Shown: positions 46,340 to 57,459 of the stretch, piece by piece
How positions within the stretch are numbered: the first letter of the stretch is position 1
Layout: each line of letters opens with the position of its first letter
DNA from: a virus
IMG/VR virus record: IMGVR_UViG_3300042564_004221
Span: 1-64,000 of that record
Length of the DNA stretch: 64,000 nt
Strand: one strand, 5' to 3'
Translations under genes and position numbers: made by a program
The notes under the pieces: model-generated
Told to the model about the DNA's origin: nothing
Databases searched by the model: none
What the model saw: the letters and a program-made list of their open reading frames with translations, nothing else

Positions 46340-49300
46340 TTATTGAGTATTTTGTTTTGAATTTATCTAACGCACTTTCACCTTTCATAATACCAAAATA
46401 AAATTGGAATGGAGCTCCAACAATAAATTTAGCAGATTTTGTACCTGTTGCACTATACTTACCTGTTACAGGGTCAACACTAAAGATATACCCTCTTTTA
46501 TTTAAATCATCTTTATCGGGACTTGTACTTAAGTTTTCACTTATAAAATAACTTGGTGTTGCTCCAGGTATTTCAGTTCTATCCAATGACTGGTATTTTT
46601 TACCCTGAACAATATCCGCTTCCTCTGTTGCCCAACTATTATATTGACTACCAAATATTGTATTATTAGTAACACCAGTATTTAACCCCCATTGATAGAA
46701 CGGCACAACTTGTGATTTAATACCATATGGATACGGGTAGTATCCAACATCATTATTACCTCTAAAATTAATTCTTCCTGGTGTTAAAAAATCTTTAGTT
46801 TGTAAATTTTGTGTTGTTGATGAGAACCACACAGCCATAACAGGGTTATCTGCGGTACCTAAAATACTTGTTGGGGGTGATGAGTCATAATATTCGGGTG
46901 AGAAATTAATATTCCCAATTTCACTATTAATTGACAATAACTGAGCAAAATCACCATCGACTCTTCTAAGAGCAAAATCACTTTTACGTCCAGGTCTTGA
47001 GAATAATTGGTTAACTGAGTTATCACCTACCGATAAAATCTGTGCAAGAAAACTTTCATCCGTTATTCTTGATATTACAAATAGGTTTACAAGGTCTGAA
47101 GTATCTCCATAACTTGTAGAATCAATGTCAGGGATAATATATGCTCTTGTTGAGGGGTCAAATGAAAGTTCCGAATAAAAACTATCTTTATATCCTAAAT
47201 TTGCAATTGTGGTGGGGAACATTAAATTAACCTTGTTAACTGATGTTGGTTCATTTGTTCTTCTACCAACAAATTTACTATCAGACATACGATATGGACT
47301 ACTTCTGTAATAAAAATTAGTTGTCTTATCATCAAAATAGGATAAGTGATTGCAGAATATTGGTGTTTTTGGTTTGTTTTGTTTATCATAAAAAGTGTCA
47401 ACCTGTAATGGAAACATATATAGGGAACCATTAACCCAATTATTTGTAAATGTTTGAGATAATACTCCTCTACATAAAGCATAAAAGAATCTAAATCTAT
47501 AACTCCATTCTAAAAAGTTTTTTAAGTCCTTACCTAAATCTAATAGTGGTTTGTTCACAAACACATAACAACCTAATTCAATGTTATCGGAATCCGAACA
47601 TCCAGGTTTAATCCCAAAATCTTTTCCAAACCCAGTGTAACATTTTAATCCAACCATTTTTTCACAACTAAAACTTTCTAACACAGTTTCTGCGTTTGGT
47701 AAACCCTCAAGTTCTGCGGTAACAATAGAAGCCCCTGTACTGGCACCGTTAACCGATACATTAGTACCATCCTCACTTAATAGATAAGTTTGAAATCCAA
47801 GATTTTGTTGTAGTAACGGTTGAGAAGCGGAACCGTCTTGGAAATAATCTGATGATGGTAATCTATCAGTCCTCATAACATTAAGAGTTTTAGTACTAAT
47901 AGTCATACCCGTTTTAGTTGGTAATGAGGGCGTGTAAGAATAATCAGTTGGGAAAATATCAGAATAGTAGCTTGAACTTCCGTCCCTATTTTTTGGTGCA
48001 AGGTCAAAATTAATATAAACACCGTTCCCTGATAAATCTTCAGATGAGTCATAGTAAGCATTTCCCGTTCCTTGAGCCGCTTGGTTAGCTCCTTGTGATA
48101 CTAAACATTTAACCCCGCCAAGAGTAGTTGTAGTAAAATATGTTGAGCTAGGAAGATTACCATCCAAAACACCATAATACCTAACAGCGTTGGTTGAAAA
48201 TGCGGAAAATTGTAATCCAGGAATTTGAGAATTATTAATACCCGCCTCAAAAAAGTGAGATGGTGTGAATATAGCACTTTGACCTGATTGGAAGTTTTGT
48301 ACAGATATACCACCAGATGGTACAATTTGAATTGGTGTATTAATCCTTGTTGATGCCGTAAAAGTAACATCACTATTAGTTGTAAATCCAAATAACGCTC
48401 CAACGCCGTATTCATTATTATATAATGGTGAATATGGGTCTACACCTCTTTGTAATATTGTTACATATTGATTGTCAAAATTTTCAAAACAATTTTTATA
48501 AGGCACTGAGTTTGATAACGTTTTGGTAACAGATAATAATGTTTCTTTATAATTTAAAGTAACCAAAATATTACCATCTAATATACTTGGGAATGTCTCA
48601 GTGCCTGGACTTGGATTAGTAAGATTAAAATATTCTGTTATGGTAAGTGCCGTTAATACTTGGAAATACTCGATATCTAAAGGATATTTATACCTTTGGC
48701 ATGTTGGGCCAAGATTGGTTACAGTATACACTGCGGTTCCTCCTGTGGTTGATATGTCAATACAATCATTATCAACTATTGTATGTGAACCTGTAGTAAT
48801 ATATGTTAATGTTTTTGTTTCACCAAAACAAGTATTGTAAGTTGTCGTACCAGTACTTATAATATTTATGGTTAAACTAGCAACACATTGAGATTCTCCA
48901 TCTCCAACTGAACCACCATTTAACCTATATGATTGTGTTAGTTGAGTATGTTGTCCATTAGATATTGATGTACTAGCGCCGCTCACTGTAATTGTACCTC
49001 CTGTTGGTAACAGTGCTTTTCCTTGTATCCCCCTAACCACTCCTGCAAATTTAGTTTCACCTGTCCATAGATAATTAACATCCTGACTAAGTGTAGGACT
49101 AACAAATGTTAATAATTGACCTGCCTCATATTTTTCACTATAAACAACTGTTAAGGTATTATCTGTATGTTTTTTACCAATATTAGAAGAGTAATCAAAA
49201 GTAACATCAATCTGATTAACCCCATCAAAATATTTTTTACGAGTGTTAAATACGTTAATTCTTTCACTTAAAGTTAACCCTGAAGTATAAGCCCATATGC

Positions 49301-51461
49301 GTCTAAAAGAACCATCTGCACTATATATCTTAGATTTTGTAGATTTAAAAGTACTCCTATTATTTATTGGATTATTTCTACTTCCTACCGCCTCACTAAC
49401 TGCGGTTGTTGCAACAGTTTTACTATCTCTATTCTCTTCTTCTTTATCTGCACCTGTTTTATTAAAGTCACCACCAAAATTAAAAGTATCAAATAATTTT
49501 TGAGAATACTTACCACTATCACTAAATTGAGTTATTGTAGAACTTGCTGGTGATGAAATACCATCTTCAACCGTCTCTTCAGGTGTACATTCACAAGCTT
49601 GACAATCAGGATAAGTCATCATAGATAATTTAAATCTTCCAAATTTTTGTTTCACTATTTTCTTAAAATTAAGAATTAATAATGTTGCTCCAGTCCCGTA
49701 TAATAAAGTTTGTGCAATAAAACCCGCAATCATACCTGCGGTCGCACCAAAAACTGCGGTACCTGCAATCGCACCTGCTGTTAAATATCCATAATTAACT
49801 GCGTTATATGTAAAATTTAAAATTAAATATGCTAAAATTAATACCGCAAAATTATTCCATAAAAACACAAGAAAATGATATGCTATTAACAATATTGGTC
49901 CAACTATTGACAGTATTTGAAATACAATTGAAAATAAAAAGAAGATAAAATCAAAATTTCTAAATCCTTCGTTTACAGGAAATTTATTAATTGTTGAATC
50001 ACAATCTTGACTGTCAATTTCTTTAATACCTACAAATCTACCTCTAGCACCTTTTTTATATTCATCAATTAATAATGATGGAGTATATACTTTATTAAAA
50101 TCAAACTGATAAAAAGTATCATCACAGTTAATTACTTCATTTAATCTATTATAATATTCATTTCCAGATGTTTTACTAAATCCGTCTGTATATCCACTCC
50201 AAGCCAATCCAAAATAATACGAACTTGATAATTGGTTCTTAGCGGTTGCATTCCCTTTCAATGGGTCATCTGAAGAATTTGCCCAACCATATTCTTTAAC
50301 ATTTGGTAATAGATAATAAGGTCGTCTTGTTTGCTGAGTTAAGGTTGCAGGTTGTTGCCATTTAACCTTAAATCTATACTTGGACTTAGTTGGGATACCA
50401 ATAGTTGGGTCATAAGAAATTACTCTGTCACCAAATTCATTTGTTATATAATAATCCAAATTCATTGGTAGTTCGGTTAACCATGTACCTGAACCATCAA
50501 TAATATTACCCGACTGTTCTAATTGATATTGTTCTAACACTGGATTACCTTCATCATCTTGGTAGATTGTTTGTCGTATTGCTAATATTTGCCCAGGTCC
50601 TGTTGTTAATTGACATAGGTTACCCATATTATCACGAGGTTTACAACCCCTCCTTACTCTAAAGGAATCTTCAGTTGAATATATTGAACCCATGAAAGTT
50701 GCCGTAGGTTGTATATCAACATTTGCACTATCTCTTAAATCAAAATCAACACGATTGATGGCAATATCACATAATTCAGGGTCACCCCAAAGCGGAGAAA
50801 CTTCTAAATTCTTAACAACATTAATAATCTGTGGTAACGAATTCAAATCATTAGAACTTCTAAATCTATTTCCTGCAACTTGAGTTTCTGTTGCAAGTCC
50901 CATTCTAATTAAATCTTGTGGAGTTAATGAAAACTCACCAATATCTGATAAGTCAACATCCATAACTAAAGTGTGGTCACCTTGTGGTACCCCCATTATC
51001 ATATAGTCACCACTATCGTTTGTCTTTACAGTAAACTTATAGTATTTGTCGTATATTTCTACTGCGGTCGCTCCTGTTAGATTGTCTAATCTTGTTGGTA
51101 ATGTGCCTGTTGCCGCGTGAGCTGAATATGATTGTTCGTAAGGAAGTAAATTATATCTAAACCCATCTTCATTTTTATCATTTGGTGATTTGTATGGATA
51201 GATACTTGAAATTATTGGGTTTGATTCATCAATAGAACTTATTGGTATGAAGATTGAAACTCTTGCATTTGGTAATCCAAATCCGTTGTTTGCTGTAACT
51301 CTTCCTACAACCACACCATACTGTGCACAACTTTTAATATACACATCCTCTTGTTGAATCTTTAATGATAAAATCTCTAAAAATTCATACTCTTGGTCTA
51401 GTTGGATATTAATGGTTTTATTAATACCTAATTCTGTTCTTATTCTATACGATTGACCCAT
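46332..51461 (-). CDS. Large baseplate-associated protein with an internal hydrophobic segment
   Basis: 1709 aa. N-terminal VVGRV....G..LPNARVSI / TNDSGDYMI.GVP.G (carboxypeptidase-regulatory-like beta sandwich); about 100 hydrophobic residues near aa 500-600. Confidence 0.65.
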   Translation of the reverse strand: MGQSYRIRTELGINKTINIQLDQEYEFLEILSLKIQQEDVYIKSCAQYGVVVGRVTANNGFGLPNARVSIFIPISSIDESNPIISSIYPYKSPNDKNEDGFRYNLLPYEQSYSAHAATGTLPTRLDNLTGATAVEIYDKYYKFTVKTNDSGDYMIMGVPQGDHTLVMDVDLSDIGEFSLTPQDLIRMGLATETQVAGNRFRSSNDLNSLPQIINVVKNLEVSPLWGDPELCDIAINRVDFDLRDSANVDIQPTATFMGSIYSTEDSFRVRRGCKPRDNMGNLCQLTTGPGQILAIRQTIYQDDEGNPVLEQYQLEQSGNIIDGSGTWLTELPMNLDYYITNEFGDRVISYDPTIGIPTKSKYRFKVKWQQPATLTQQTRRPYYLLPNVKEYGWANSSDDPLKGNATAKNQLSSSYYFGLAWSGYTDGFSKTSGNEYYNRLNEVINCDDTFYQFDFNKVYTPSLLIDEYKKGARGRFVGIKEIDSQDCDSTINKFPVNEGFRNFDFIFFLFSIVFQILSIVGPILLIAYHFLVFLWNNFAVLILAYLILNFTYNAVNYGYLTAGAIAGTAVFGATAGMIAGFIAQTLLYGTGATLLILNFKKIVKQKFGRFKLSMMTYPDCQACECTPEETVEDGISSPASSTITQFSDSGKYSQKLFDTFNFGGDFNKTGADKEEENRDSKTVATTAVSEAVGSRNNPINNRSTFKSTKSKIYSADGSFRRIWAYTSGLTLSERINVFNTRKKYFDGVNQIDVTFDYSSNIGKKHTDNTLTVVYSEKYEAGQLLTFVSPTLSQDVNYLWTGETKFAGVVRGIQGKALLPTGGTITVSGASTSISNGQHTQLTQSYRLNGGSVGDGESQCVASLTINIISTGTTTYNTCFGETKTLTYITTGSHTIVDNDCIDISTTGGTAVYTVTNLGPTCQRYKYPLDIEYFQVLTALTITEYFNLTNPSPGTETFPSILDGNILVTLNYKETLLSVTKTLSNSVPYKNCFENFDNQYVTILQRGVDPYSPLYNNEYGVGALFGFTTNSDVTFTASTRINTPIQIVPSGGISVQNFQSGQSAIFTPSHFFEAGINNSQIPGLQFSAFSTNAVRYYGVLDGNLPSSTYFTTTTLGGVKCLVSQGANQAAQGTGNAYYDSSEDLSGNGVYINFDLAPKNRDGSSSYYSDIFPTDYSYTPSLPTKTGMTISTKTLNVMRTDRLPSSDYFQDGSASQPLLQQNLGFQTYLLSEDGTNVSVNGASTGASIVTAELEGLPNAETVLESFSCEKMVGLKCYTGFGKDFGIKPGCSDSDNIELGCYVFVNKPLLDLGKDLKNFLEWSYRFRFFYALCRGVLSQTFTNNWVNGSLYMFPLQVDTFYDKQNKPKTPIFCNHLSYFDDKTTNFYYRSSPYRMSDSKFVGRRTNEPTSVNKVNLMFPTTIANLGYKDSFYSELSFDPSTRAYIIPDIDSTSYGDTSDLVNLFVISRITDESFLAQILSVGDNSVNQLFSRPGRKSDFALRRVDGDFAQLLSINSEIGNINFSPEYYDSSPPTSILGTADNPVMAVWFSSTTQNLQTKDFLTPGRINFRGNNDVGYYPYPYGIKSQVVPFYQWGLNTGVTNNTIFGSQYNSWATEEADIVQGKKYQSLDRTEIPGATPSYFISENLSTSPDKDDLNKRGYIFSVDPVTGKYSATGTKSAKFIVGAPFQFYFGIMKGESALDKFKTKYSISE

Positions 51462-51476
51462 CAGTTTCCTTTAGTT

Positions 51477-51484
51477 TATAAATA
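51477..51484 (-). promoter_or_regulatory. Putative phage late-promoter motif TATTTATA
   Basis: 15 nt upstream of the ATG at 51461. Confidence 0.55.
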
Positions 51485-51552
51485 GTTTATGTGGAATTTT
51501 TAAAGTATCCACACCATTAAATAATAACCTAAAGAAAAATAAAATAAACTTG

Positions 51553-53391
51553 TTATGAAAAAGTAATAGATTGGAAATTCTTAACCGAAACTCTGATATC
51601 CTTATTTGGGTATCTAATCTGATAAACTTGCGATGGTTGAGCAAAGATGGTATCATCAACAGGTCCAATTAATTTTGTTTCAGGGTTTGAATATGTCATC
51701 GATGTTTCTGCAGACGAATATTGTCCACCAACTTCATTAAACGTATCAATATTAGACACCGTTAACACACCATTTGTATTTTGTATTAAACTTCTAATTT
51801 CAGATAGATAAACATTTTGTCCTAATTGTCTTGTTTGAGGATTCAAGTATGCAGATACTTTATCAACAACACTTGAGATTACTTGTCCTGAATTCTGAGC
51901 AGAATCTAATACAATTGAAATGTCCATACTTAAGTCAATAACTTCAGCACTGAAGATTGAAATATAATCATTCATCATTCTATAGTTAGACAAATAATTT
52001 GCAATGTTCTGTTTTAACGTGTTTGAAACTATGTTAGTTAATTTACCTGAAGTATCATAAGATAATATTTGAATTAGAATTTTGTTGTCATTTTCAGTGA
52101 TTGAAACTTTAGCAGGTGCTCCAAACTGAGCTGGCATGTTTCTAATTAATGATTCATAATCCTGAACAGTAACCGCTCTTTTTTGTGCTGCAAAGTTGAA
52201 TGAAACATAGTTTCTAATTTCTTCTAAGGAAGGAATACCCGCACCACCAACCGCAGCGGTTACGTTAACACATCTTAATGAATTAACAACCGCAGAGTTT
52301 GTTGTCTCTGATGGTCCATTAACAAAGAATGAAACAGTACCAAGGGAATTAATTACATTTGTTCCTAAGTTTGTTGCCAAACCACCACCAACTCTATATT
52401 GGATAAAGAGTGTTGAGTTTGGAGTTAATGTTGAACCTAATGAAAGGTTATTTGAATATTTTTGTAAATCTAATGTAGTACCTAAAGTTGTGAATTGATT
52501 TAATTGGTCTTGAGCGGTATTTGTACCTCCACCGAATGTCATCTTCTTAAATCCTTCAGGTGTATATTCAGTTATAAATCTAGTTTGTGTTTGAATGTAT
52601 TTACCAACTTTAATACCAGGTTGGTCCGAAACTTTAGTTGGGTCTTCAATAAAAACTCTGTCCTCTGCCAATGCATCAACCTCATACCATTTATTGTCTA
52701 ACCCTAAAAATTCAGAAACTGATGGAGTGTTTGTATAATTCGTACCATTCTTTAATAAGACACTTGTAATACCTAAAACATTTTTTTCAGGTAAAAATAA
52801 CTCAAAGAAAGGTTTAACATCGTTAGCATTAATTACTTTTTTGAAAACTTTGGTAATACCATTAACAACAAGTTCTCGTTTTGTAATAGTATAATTAATT
52901 AATATGTTATTCGCATTAAAATTTGGAATCTTTAGTCTATTTGGGAATCCTTGAGAATTGTATGGTGAGGCAAAATCAATGTCATATACATTCTCAAATA
53001 CGATACCAGCTCCGACAACTTGTGAACCTCTCGATAAGGTACCAAGATATCTTTCATCTTCTTTATCACCAAACGCAGGAACTGTAATTGAAAAATCAAC
53101 TAAAGATACTGATGGTCTTTGACCTGGTAACTTTAATCCATAAGTTCTGGCTATATTATATATTGATGACCTTTGTTGTGCATATTGTAATACAGTTTCC
53201 TGAATACTTCTATCAATATTGTAGTGTAGATTATCCGCAACCGCAGCATTTAAATCAAGGAATACCGAGAATACTGAAGCATCATTAAAATCTTGAATTA
53301 ACTCAGGATAATAAGTTTTGGCGTAGTTTAAGAGTTCAGTTCTTATTGACTGATAATCTCTGGTTGTATATGATATTCTATTATTTGCCAT
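51553..53391 (-). CDS. Baseplate wedge subunit (T4 gp6 / baseplate J-like)
   Basis: YTTRDYQSIR.EL, DFNDAS, A..RSSI..IA...G, YRVGGG...N and Q.RAVT..DY motifs; follows the gp25-like gene. Confidence 0.85.
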   Translation of the reverse strand: MANNRISYTTRDYQSIRTELLNYAKTYYPELIQDFNDASVFSVFLDLNAAVADNLHYNIDRSIQETVLQYAQQRSSIYNIARTYGLKLPGQRPSVSLVDFSITVPAFGDKEDERYLGTLSRGSQVVGAGIVFENVYDIDFASPYNSQGFPNRLKIPNFNANNILINYTITKRELVVNGITKVFKKVINANDVKPFFELFLPEKNVLGITSVLLKNGTNYTNTPSVSEFLGLDNKWYEVDALAEDRVFIEDPTKVSDQPGIKVGKYIQTQTRFITEYTPEGFKKMTFGGGTNTAQDQLNQFTTLGTTLDLQKYSNNLSLGSTLTPNSTLFIQYRVGGGLATNLGTNVINSLGTVSFFVNGPSETTNSAVVNSLRCVNVTAAVGGAGIPSLEEIRNYVSFNFAAQKRAVTVQDYESLIRNMPAQFGAPAKVSITENDNKILIQILSYDTSGKLTNIVSNTLKQNIANYLSNYRMMNDYISIFSAEVIDLSMDISIVLDSAQNSGQVISSVVDKVSAYLNPQTRQLGQNVYLSEIRSLIQNTNGVLTVSNIDTFNEVGGQYSSAETSMTYSNPETKLIGPVDDTIFAQPSQVYQIRYPNKDIRVSVKNFQSITFS

Positions 53392-53396
53392 TTATA

Positions 53397-53867
53397 TTAA
53401 ATATTAATAATTATAAAATCACTTTGACCAAAGGTTGAACCATTGGTTGAGTAATCTAATCTTATTTTTGCTGTGTATTCGGAGGTTCCTTTACCAGGAA
53501 ATCTATAAATTGAAGATTGGTTTGTTCCCGCAGTATTTTGTCCTGTTGCTATATCCGCCTCTTCTTGTGGGTCTGCAGGAGTTATACTCAAACTATTAAC
53601 TAACAAGTTTGGCATAAAGTTCTCAATAGCATCTCTAATGTCAGATTCAATTGCATTAAAAGTTAATCCGTCAAAAGGTTCAAAAAGGAATTCGTATAAT
53701 CTTGTACCAAATTGTGGTAAAAAATATCTCGAACCTTTTCTTGTTAATAACAAATGAATTAAATCCGCTTTAATTTCTTGAGCTTGAAATTCTGTTAATT
53801 CTAAGTAATCCCCTCTTCTTGAATCTCTGAAGGGAAAATTAATACCGTATGTAGTTCCATTAGCCAT
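53397..53867 (-). CDS. Baseplate wedge protein, gp25/GpW-like
   Basis: GINFPF, IKADLIHLLLTRKGSRYFLPQFGTRLYEFLFEP and I..AI..F.P. ATG at 53867; the track uses TTG at 53873. Confidence 0.88.
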   Translation of the reverse strand: MANGTTYGINFPFRDSRRGDYLELTEFQAQEIKADLIHLLLTRKGSRYFLPQFGTRLYEFLFEPFDGLTFNAIESDIRDAIENFMPNLLVNSLSITPADPQEEADIATGQNTAGTNQSSIYRFPGKGTSEYTAKIRLDYSTNGSTFGQSDFIIINI

Positions 53868-54081
53868 TACCAATAAATATAGTAGTATTTCCTTTTATGT
53901 GAACTGGAGTATATGGACAATTTTTACATCCATTCCCGCAACAACTACCTCTCTTAATATGGTATGACTCAGTCATAACTACTTTACCATCTTCAAAATA
54001 AAAATCAGTTGGTTCATGATTACTTGCCATAATTTTTTTAACACGTTCTTGGTTAATCCAATCTTCAGTATTTTTTATCAT
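53860..54081 (-). CDS. Small Cys-rich protein (DUF5522-like)
   Basis: G..V.T..YH.KRGSCCGNGCKNCPY motif. Confidence 0.72.
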   Translation of the reverse strand: MIKNTEDWINQERVKKIMASNHEPTDFYFEDGKVVMTESYHIKRGSCCGNGCKNCPYTPVHIKGNTTIFIGNG

Positions 54082-54088
54082 AGTATTA

Positions 54089-54096
54089 TATAAATA
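54089..54096 (-). promoter_or_regulatory. Putative phage late-promoter motif TATTTATA
   Basis: 7 nt upstream of the ATG at 54081, directly after the nrdJ terminator. Confidence 0.55.
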
Positions 54097-54126
54097 AAAA
54101 AGGAATATGTGTTTTTTACATATTCC
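54096..54126 (-). terminator. Rho-independent terminator after nrdJ
   Basis: 9-bp stem GGAATATGT/ACATATTCC (54102-54110, 54118-54126) followed by a T6 run on the minus strand. Confidence 0.75.
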
Positions 54127-54151
54127 CTTAATTATTAAGATTTATTTTTAA

Positions 54152-56011
54152 TTATTTGATTTCGCACGCTCCACCTGAACAAGCCAACTCACCACTTAAA
54201 TCAGTTTCGTCAGTTAGTTCAACAACTTTTGACAAATCAATTGAGTGAAGTTTTGAGAATAATCTTTCAAATTCTTCTTTAGTACAATCGGTAAAAGGTG
54301 CTTGAACGTAACTTCCGTTATCATATGGAAGTACAGATAGTCCATTATAAAAATCTCTGTTATCCCAAAACCACTCGCCAGCTAAATCCCAATCTTCAGG
54401 TTTTAAACTAATTGTTGCAGATACGTTATGACTATTTGAACCACTTCTGTGTCCAGGTTTAACCCATTCTTGTGTAATTTTTTTAACACGCTCTAATAAT
54501 TGGAATGGACTTTCAGTTCTTAAAATTGCCCCCTCAGGTGCTTTTTGTGGTACCGAAATAACCGCTGTATCGTGTGGACGGAAAAATTCATCCTCAACTA
54601 ATTCAGGGTGATTGTTTAATAAATAACTGTAAATTGATTCGTTTTTACCTACACGGATTCTACGGATGTAATAATCGTTGTGCCAAGCGTGAATACCTGA
54701 TGAAGTTCCTAAAGTTAATGAGGTTGTTCCTGCAGGTTTTACAGTTGTTGTACGAGCCGATTTATTAATACCAATTATCTCAGCAACTCTTGAATTTTCT
54801 TCTTTAACAACTTTCGCAGCTTCTTTCATATCATAACCCAAGACAACACCTGAACCAATACCTGTCATAGATACACCGATTAAAGCGTCTTTCTCAGTTG
54901 TTCTTTTCCAAATATCACGAAGGTAATGGAAGTTAGTATAACCCGCCTGTAATGTTCCGATGAACGCTGCCGCTTTAACACGAGCGTTTAAATCTTCTTG
55001 TGAATCAATGTCAGAAACATTTACCTCACATAAGTTACAGAATTGATTTGGTCTTAATGCGATTTCACAACAAGGGTTTGTTCCCCAATCTTTATCGTTA
55101 GTGAAATAGATACCAGGTTCACCTGCTCCTGAAGCCTCAACACGTTTCCATAAATCCATAAAGAAATCTTTAGTGATTTTATGTCTAACCAATGCCGCTG
55201 AGTTGTTTGCTCTACCTCTTTGTGGATTTTGTTCCCACCATGCTCCTGACTTACAAGAAATCATCTCTTGGTCATCTGCACTGAATAATGAAATAAGTGC
55301 CGCTCTACGAATACCACCTGCTAACACCGCATCTGCAATATGACAAACCATATCGTGAACTTCAATCGGGGTTAATTTATCATCATCCTCTTTTGAATCC
55401 AACATAGTGGTTAACTTATAGATACAATCTTTCAATGGTTGAGGACCTGGTGCTTTACCACCTGAAGTTACAAGTTGAGCTCCTTTTGGTCTAATGTCTG
55501 AATAATCAAACACAATTGTTGATGACGCTTTACCGAAGTAAGATTTCATTAATACTTTAATTGCGTCTGCCCATCCTTCAATAGAGTCACCGATTAAAAA
55601 TCTTGTGGTATATTTTGGATTTGGTTTTCTAATTTCAGGTAATTTTTCTACGTGATGTTTTTGAACTGAATAACCAACACCTGTTCCTCCTAATAGTAAG
55701 AACATTGACTCAGAGAATGCATCCAAGTGGTCGATAGGTAGATAAGCACAATTGTAGATTCTGTTTGGAGAAATTTCAATTGGTTTACCACCAAATTGCA
55801 TTGACCTCATTGAGGGTAATACTTTTTTATCATATACCATTTTGTATACTTCTGTAATCTCATCTTTCAATGATGGGTATTTTTTAATATGCATGTTCAT
55901 ATTACGGGTTACCAATTCTTCCCACGTTTCGCGTCTGTTTAATTCTGGTACGAACTTAGCGTACTTCATATAAACTGTTAAATCTGACAATATCTGTTGT
56001 GATGCGTCCAT
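54152..56011 (-). CDS. nrdJ: Class II (adenosylcobalamin-dependent) ribonucleotide reductase
   Basis: LPSMR, YNCA, LGGTGVG, GGIRRAALI, TNPCCEI, FCNL, TTVKPAGT and C-terminal ACSGGACEI; no beta subunit nearby. Confidence 0.88.
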   Translation of the reverse strand: MDASQQILSDLTVYMKYAKFVPELNRRETWEELVTRNMNMHIKKYPSLKDEITEVYKMVYDKKVLPSMRSMQFGGKPIEISPNRIYNCAYLPIDHLDAFSESMFLLLGGTGVGYSVQKHHVEKLPEIRKPNPKYTTRFLIGDSIEGWADAIKVLMKSYFGKASSTIVFDYSDIRPKGAQLVTSGGKAPGPQPLKDCIYKLTTMLDSKEDDDKLTPIEVHDMVCHIADAVLAGGIRRAALISLFSADDQEMISCKSGAWWEQNPQRGRANNSAALVRHKITKDFFMDLWKRVEASGAGEPGIYFTNDKDWGTNPCCEIALRPNQFCNLCEVNVSDIDSQEDLNARVKAAAFIGTLQAGYTNFHYLRDIWKRTTEKDALIGVSMTGIGSGVVLGYDMKEAAKVVKEENSRVAEIIGINKSARTTTVKPAGTTSLTLGTSSGIHAWHNDYYIRRIRVGKNESIYSYLLNNHPELVEDEFFRPHDTAVISVPQKAPEGAILRTESPFQLLERVKKITQEWVKPGHRSGSNSHNVSATISLKPEDWDLAGEWFWDNRDFYNGLSVLPYDNGSYVQAPFTDCTKEEFERLFSKLHSIDLSKVVELTDETDLSGELACSGGACEIK

Positions 56012-56038
56012 AATTTTTTCTTCTTTGTTTATTTAATT

Positions 56039-57421
56039 TTATATTGTTGTTTTATTATCTTCTCTTTGTTTTCTCTTCTCTAATAGTTCTTTAACCCTAT
56101 CTCTTTTTCTCTCTTCTTGTTGTTCTTCAAATCCTAAGAATGTTACAGATGACTCTGTGTCTATCTCAAGTAATTCGTTGTTAAACTTACAATTTTCAAA
56201 TACCACACCATCTTTACCGATACGTGATTTTGTGATTGCTATTGTTGCCAAGTTCATTTCTTTCTGTTGTAATGTCTTAGCCACTGTAATGATAACGTGT
56301 CCTACTTGTGCCTTTTTAATTGAACCTCCCATTTGGTCTGTGGTTACAACCTCAGAAGAGATTGATGACCTGTTACCTTGTGTTGCTGTCCAACCAACTA
56401 ATGATAGTTCGTGACACATCGCCTCAAAACCTCTCATCACCGAACCCTCAGCCTTCCACTCATCCTTACTTGAACTTTCAGGAACCACACAATCTATGTA
56501 ATCCAAAAGAACCAAGTCAATTTTAGTACCATCAGCAATCATTTTTCTAATTTGATTTTTGATTTGACTCATAGTTACAGTATCTGATGGAAGTTTCTTA
56601 AGAATTAATTCATTCTTCATTGTTTCCTTAATCTCAGTAATTTTGCCCATCACCGCTTCTTTGTTTTGAACCAAGTTATCTGGTTCAATACCAGTCCAAA
56701 GTGTGAAGTGTTTACGTTGTATAATCTTTGGATTGTCCTCAAAAAAGATTTGAAGAACATTGTATCCAAGATTAAATGCCGTGTTTGCTATCTTAGTTAA
56801 GATTGTTGTTTTACCAACTCCAGTGGGTGCTAAGATAACACCAATTTCTCCCTTTGCCAAACCACCTTTTAATAATCTGTCAATTCCTGCGATTCCAATT
56901 GGAATTGGGTGTCTAAAGTCCTCATCAAGAACTGTATCTAAGTTGGAGAATATGTCTGTTGTTCCTGTATCTCTCTCCCCAACTTGTAATGCTTCTCGAA
57001 CAAGTCCTTCAACCTTATCGTAAGATTCGAAATCCCCTTCAGTTATAATCTTTTGTGCTTTATCCATAGCCTTTTGAAGTTCTTGTTGTTTACAGAACTT
57101 CAAAGCCTTTTCCTGAACGAACTGAGTTCCTTCAAATGGTGCGTCTTTAATTTGTTTAATGGTGTCAAGAACGATTTTAGCAACCAATTCTTGTGAGATT
57201 TCAGACTTTACAATCTGTTCAAGGGTGTCAAAGTTAGGTGTAGATTGATACTTCGAGTGATACTCCTTTGTCATCTGTAAGATGATTTTAAAATACTTAT
57301 TGTCAAAATAAACACTCTCAATAACATCCATAATTGATGTTGAAAATTCTTTGTCGACAATAAGTTGGTTTAAAAGTTGTATCTGAAATGTGTTCCCTAA
57401 GTAATCAAAATTTTTATTCAT
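56039..57421 (-). CDS. dnaB: Replicative DNA helicase (DnaB / T4 gp41-like)
   Basis: Walker A APTGVGKT, LLDYID, WTATQGNR and KSRIG. Confidence 0.85.
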   Translation of the reverse strand: MNKNFDYLGNTFQIQLLNQLIVDKEFSTSIMDVIESVYFDNKYFKIILQMTKEYHSKYQSTPNFDTLEQIVKSEISQELVAKIVLDTIKQIKDAPFEGTQFVQEKALKFCKQQELQKAMDKAQKIITEGDFESYDKVEGLVREALQVGERDTGTTDIFSNLDTVLDEDFRHPIPIGIAGIDRLLKGGLAKGEIGVILAPTGVGKTTILTKIANTAFNLGYNVLQIFFEDNPKIIQRKHFTLWTGIEPDNLVQNKEAVMGKITEIKETMKNELILKKLPSDTVTMSQIKNQIRKMIADGTKIDLVLLDYIDCVVPESSSKDEWKAEGSVMRGFEAMCHELSLVGWTATQGNRSSISSEVVTTDQMGGSIKKAQVGHVIITVAKTLQQKEMNLATIAITKSRIGKDGVVFENCKFNNELLEIDTESSVTFLGFEEQQEERKRDRVKELLEKRKQREDNKTTI

Positions 57422-57459
57422 AAATCGTTTTTGTAGTCCCTTGTTTTATTAAATATAAC

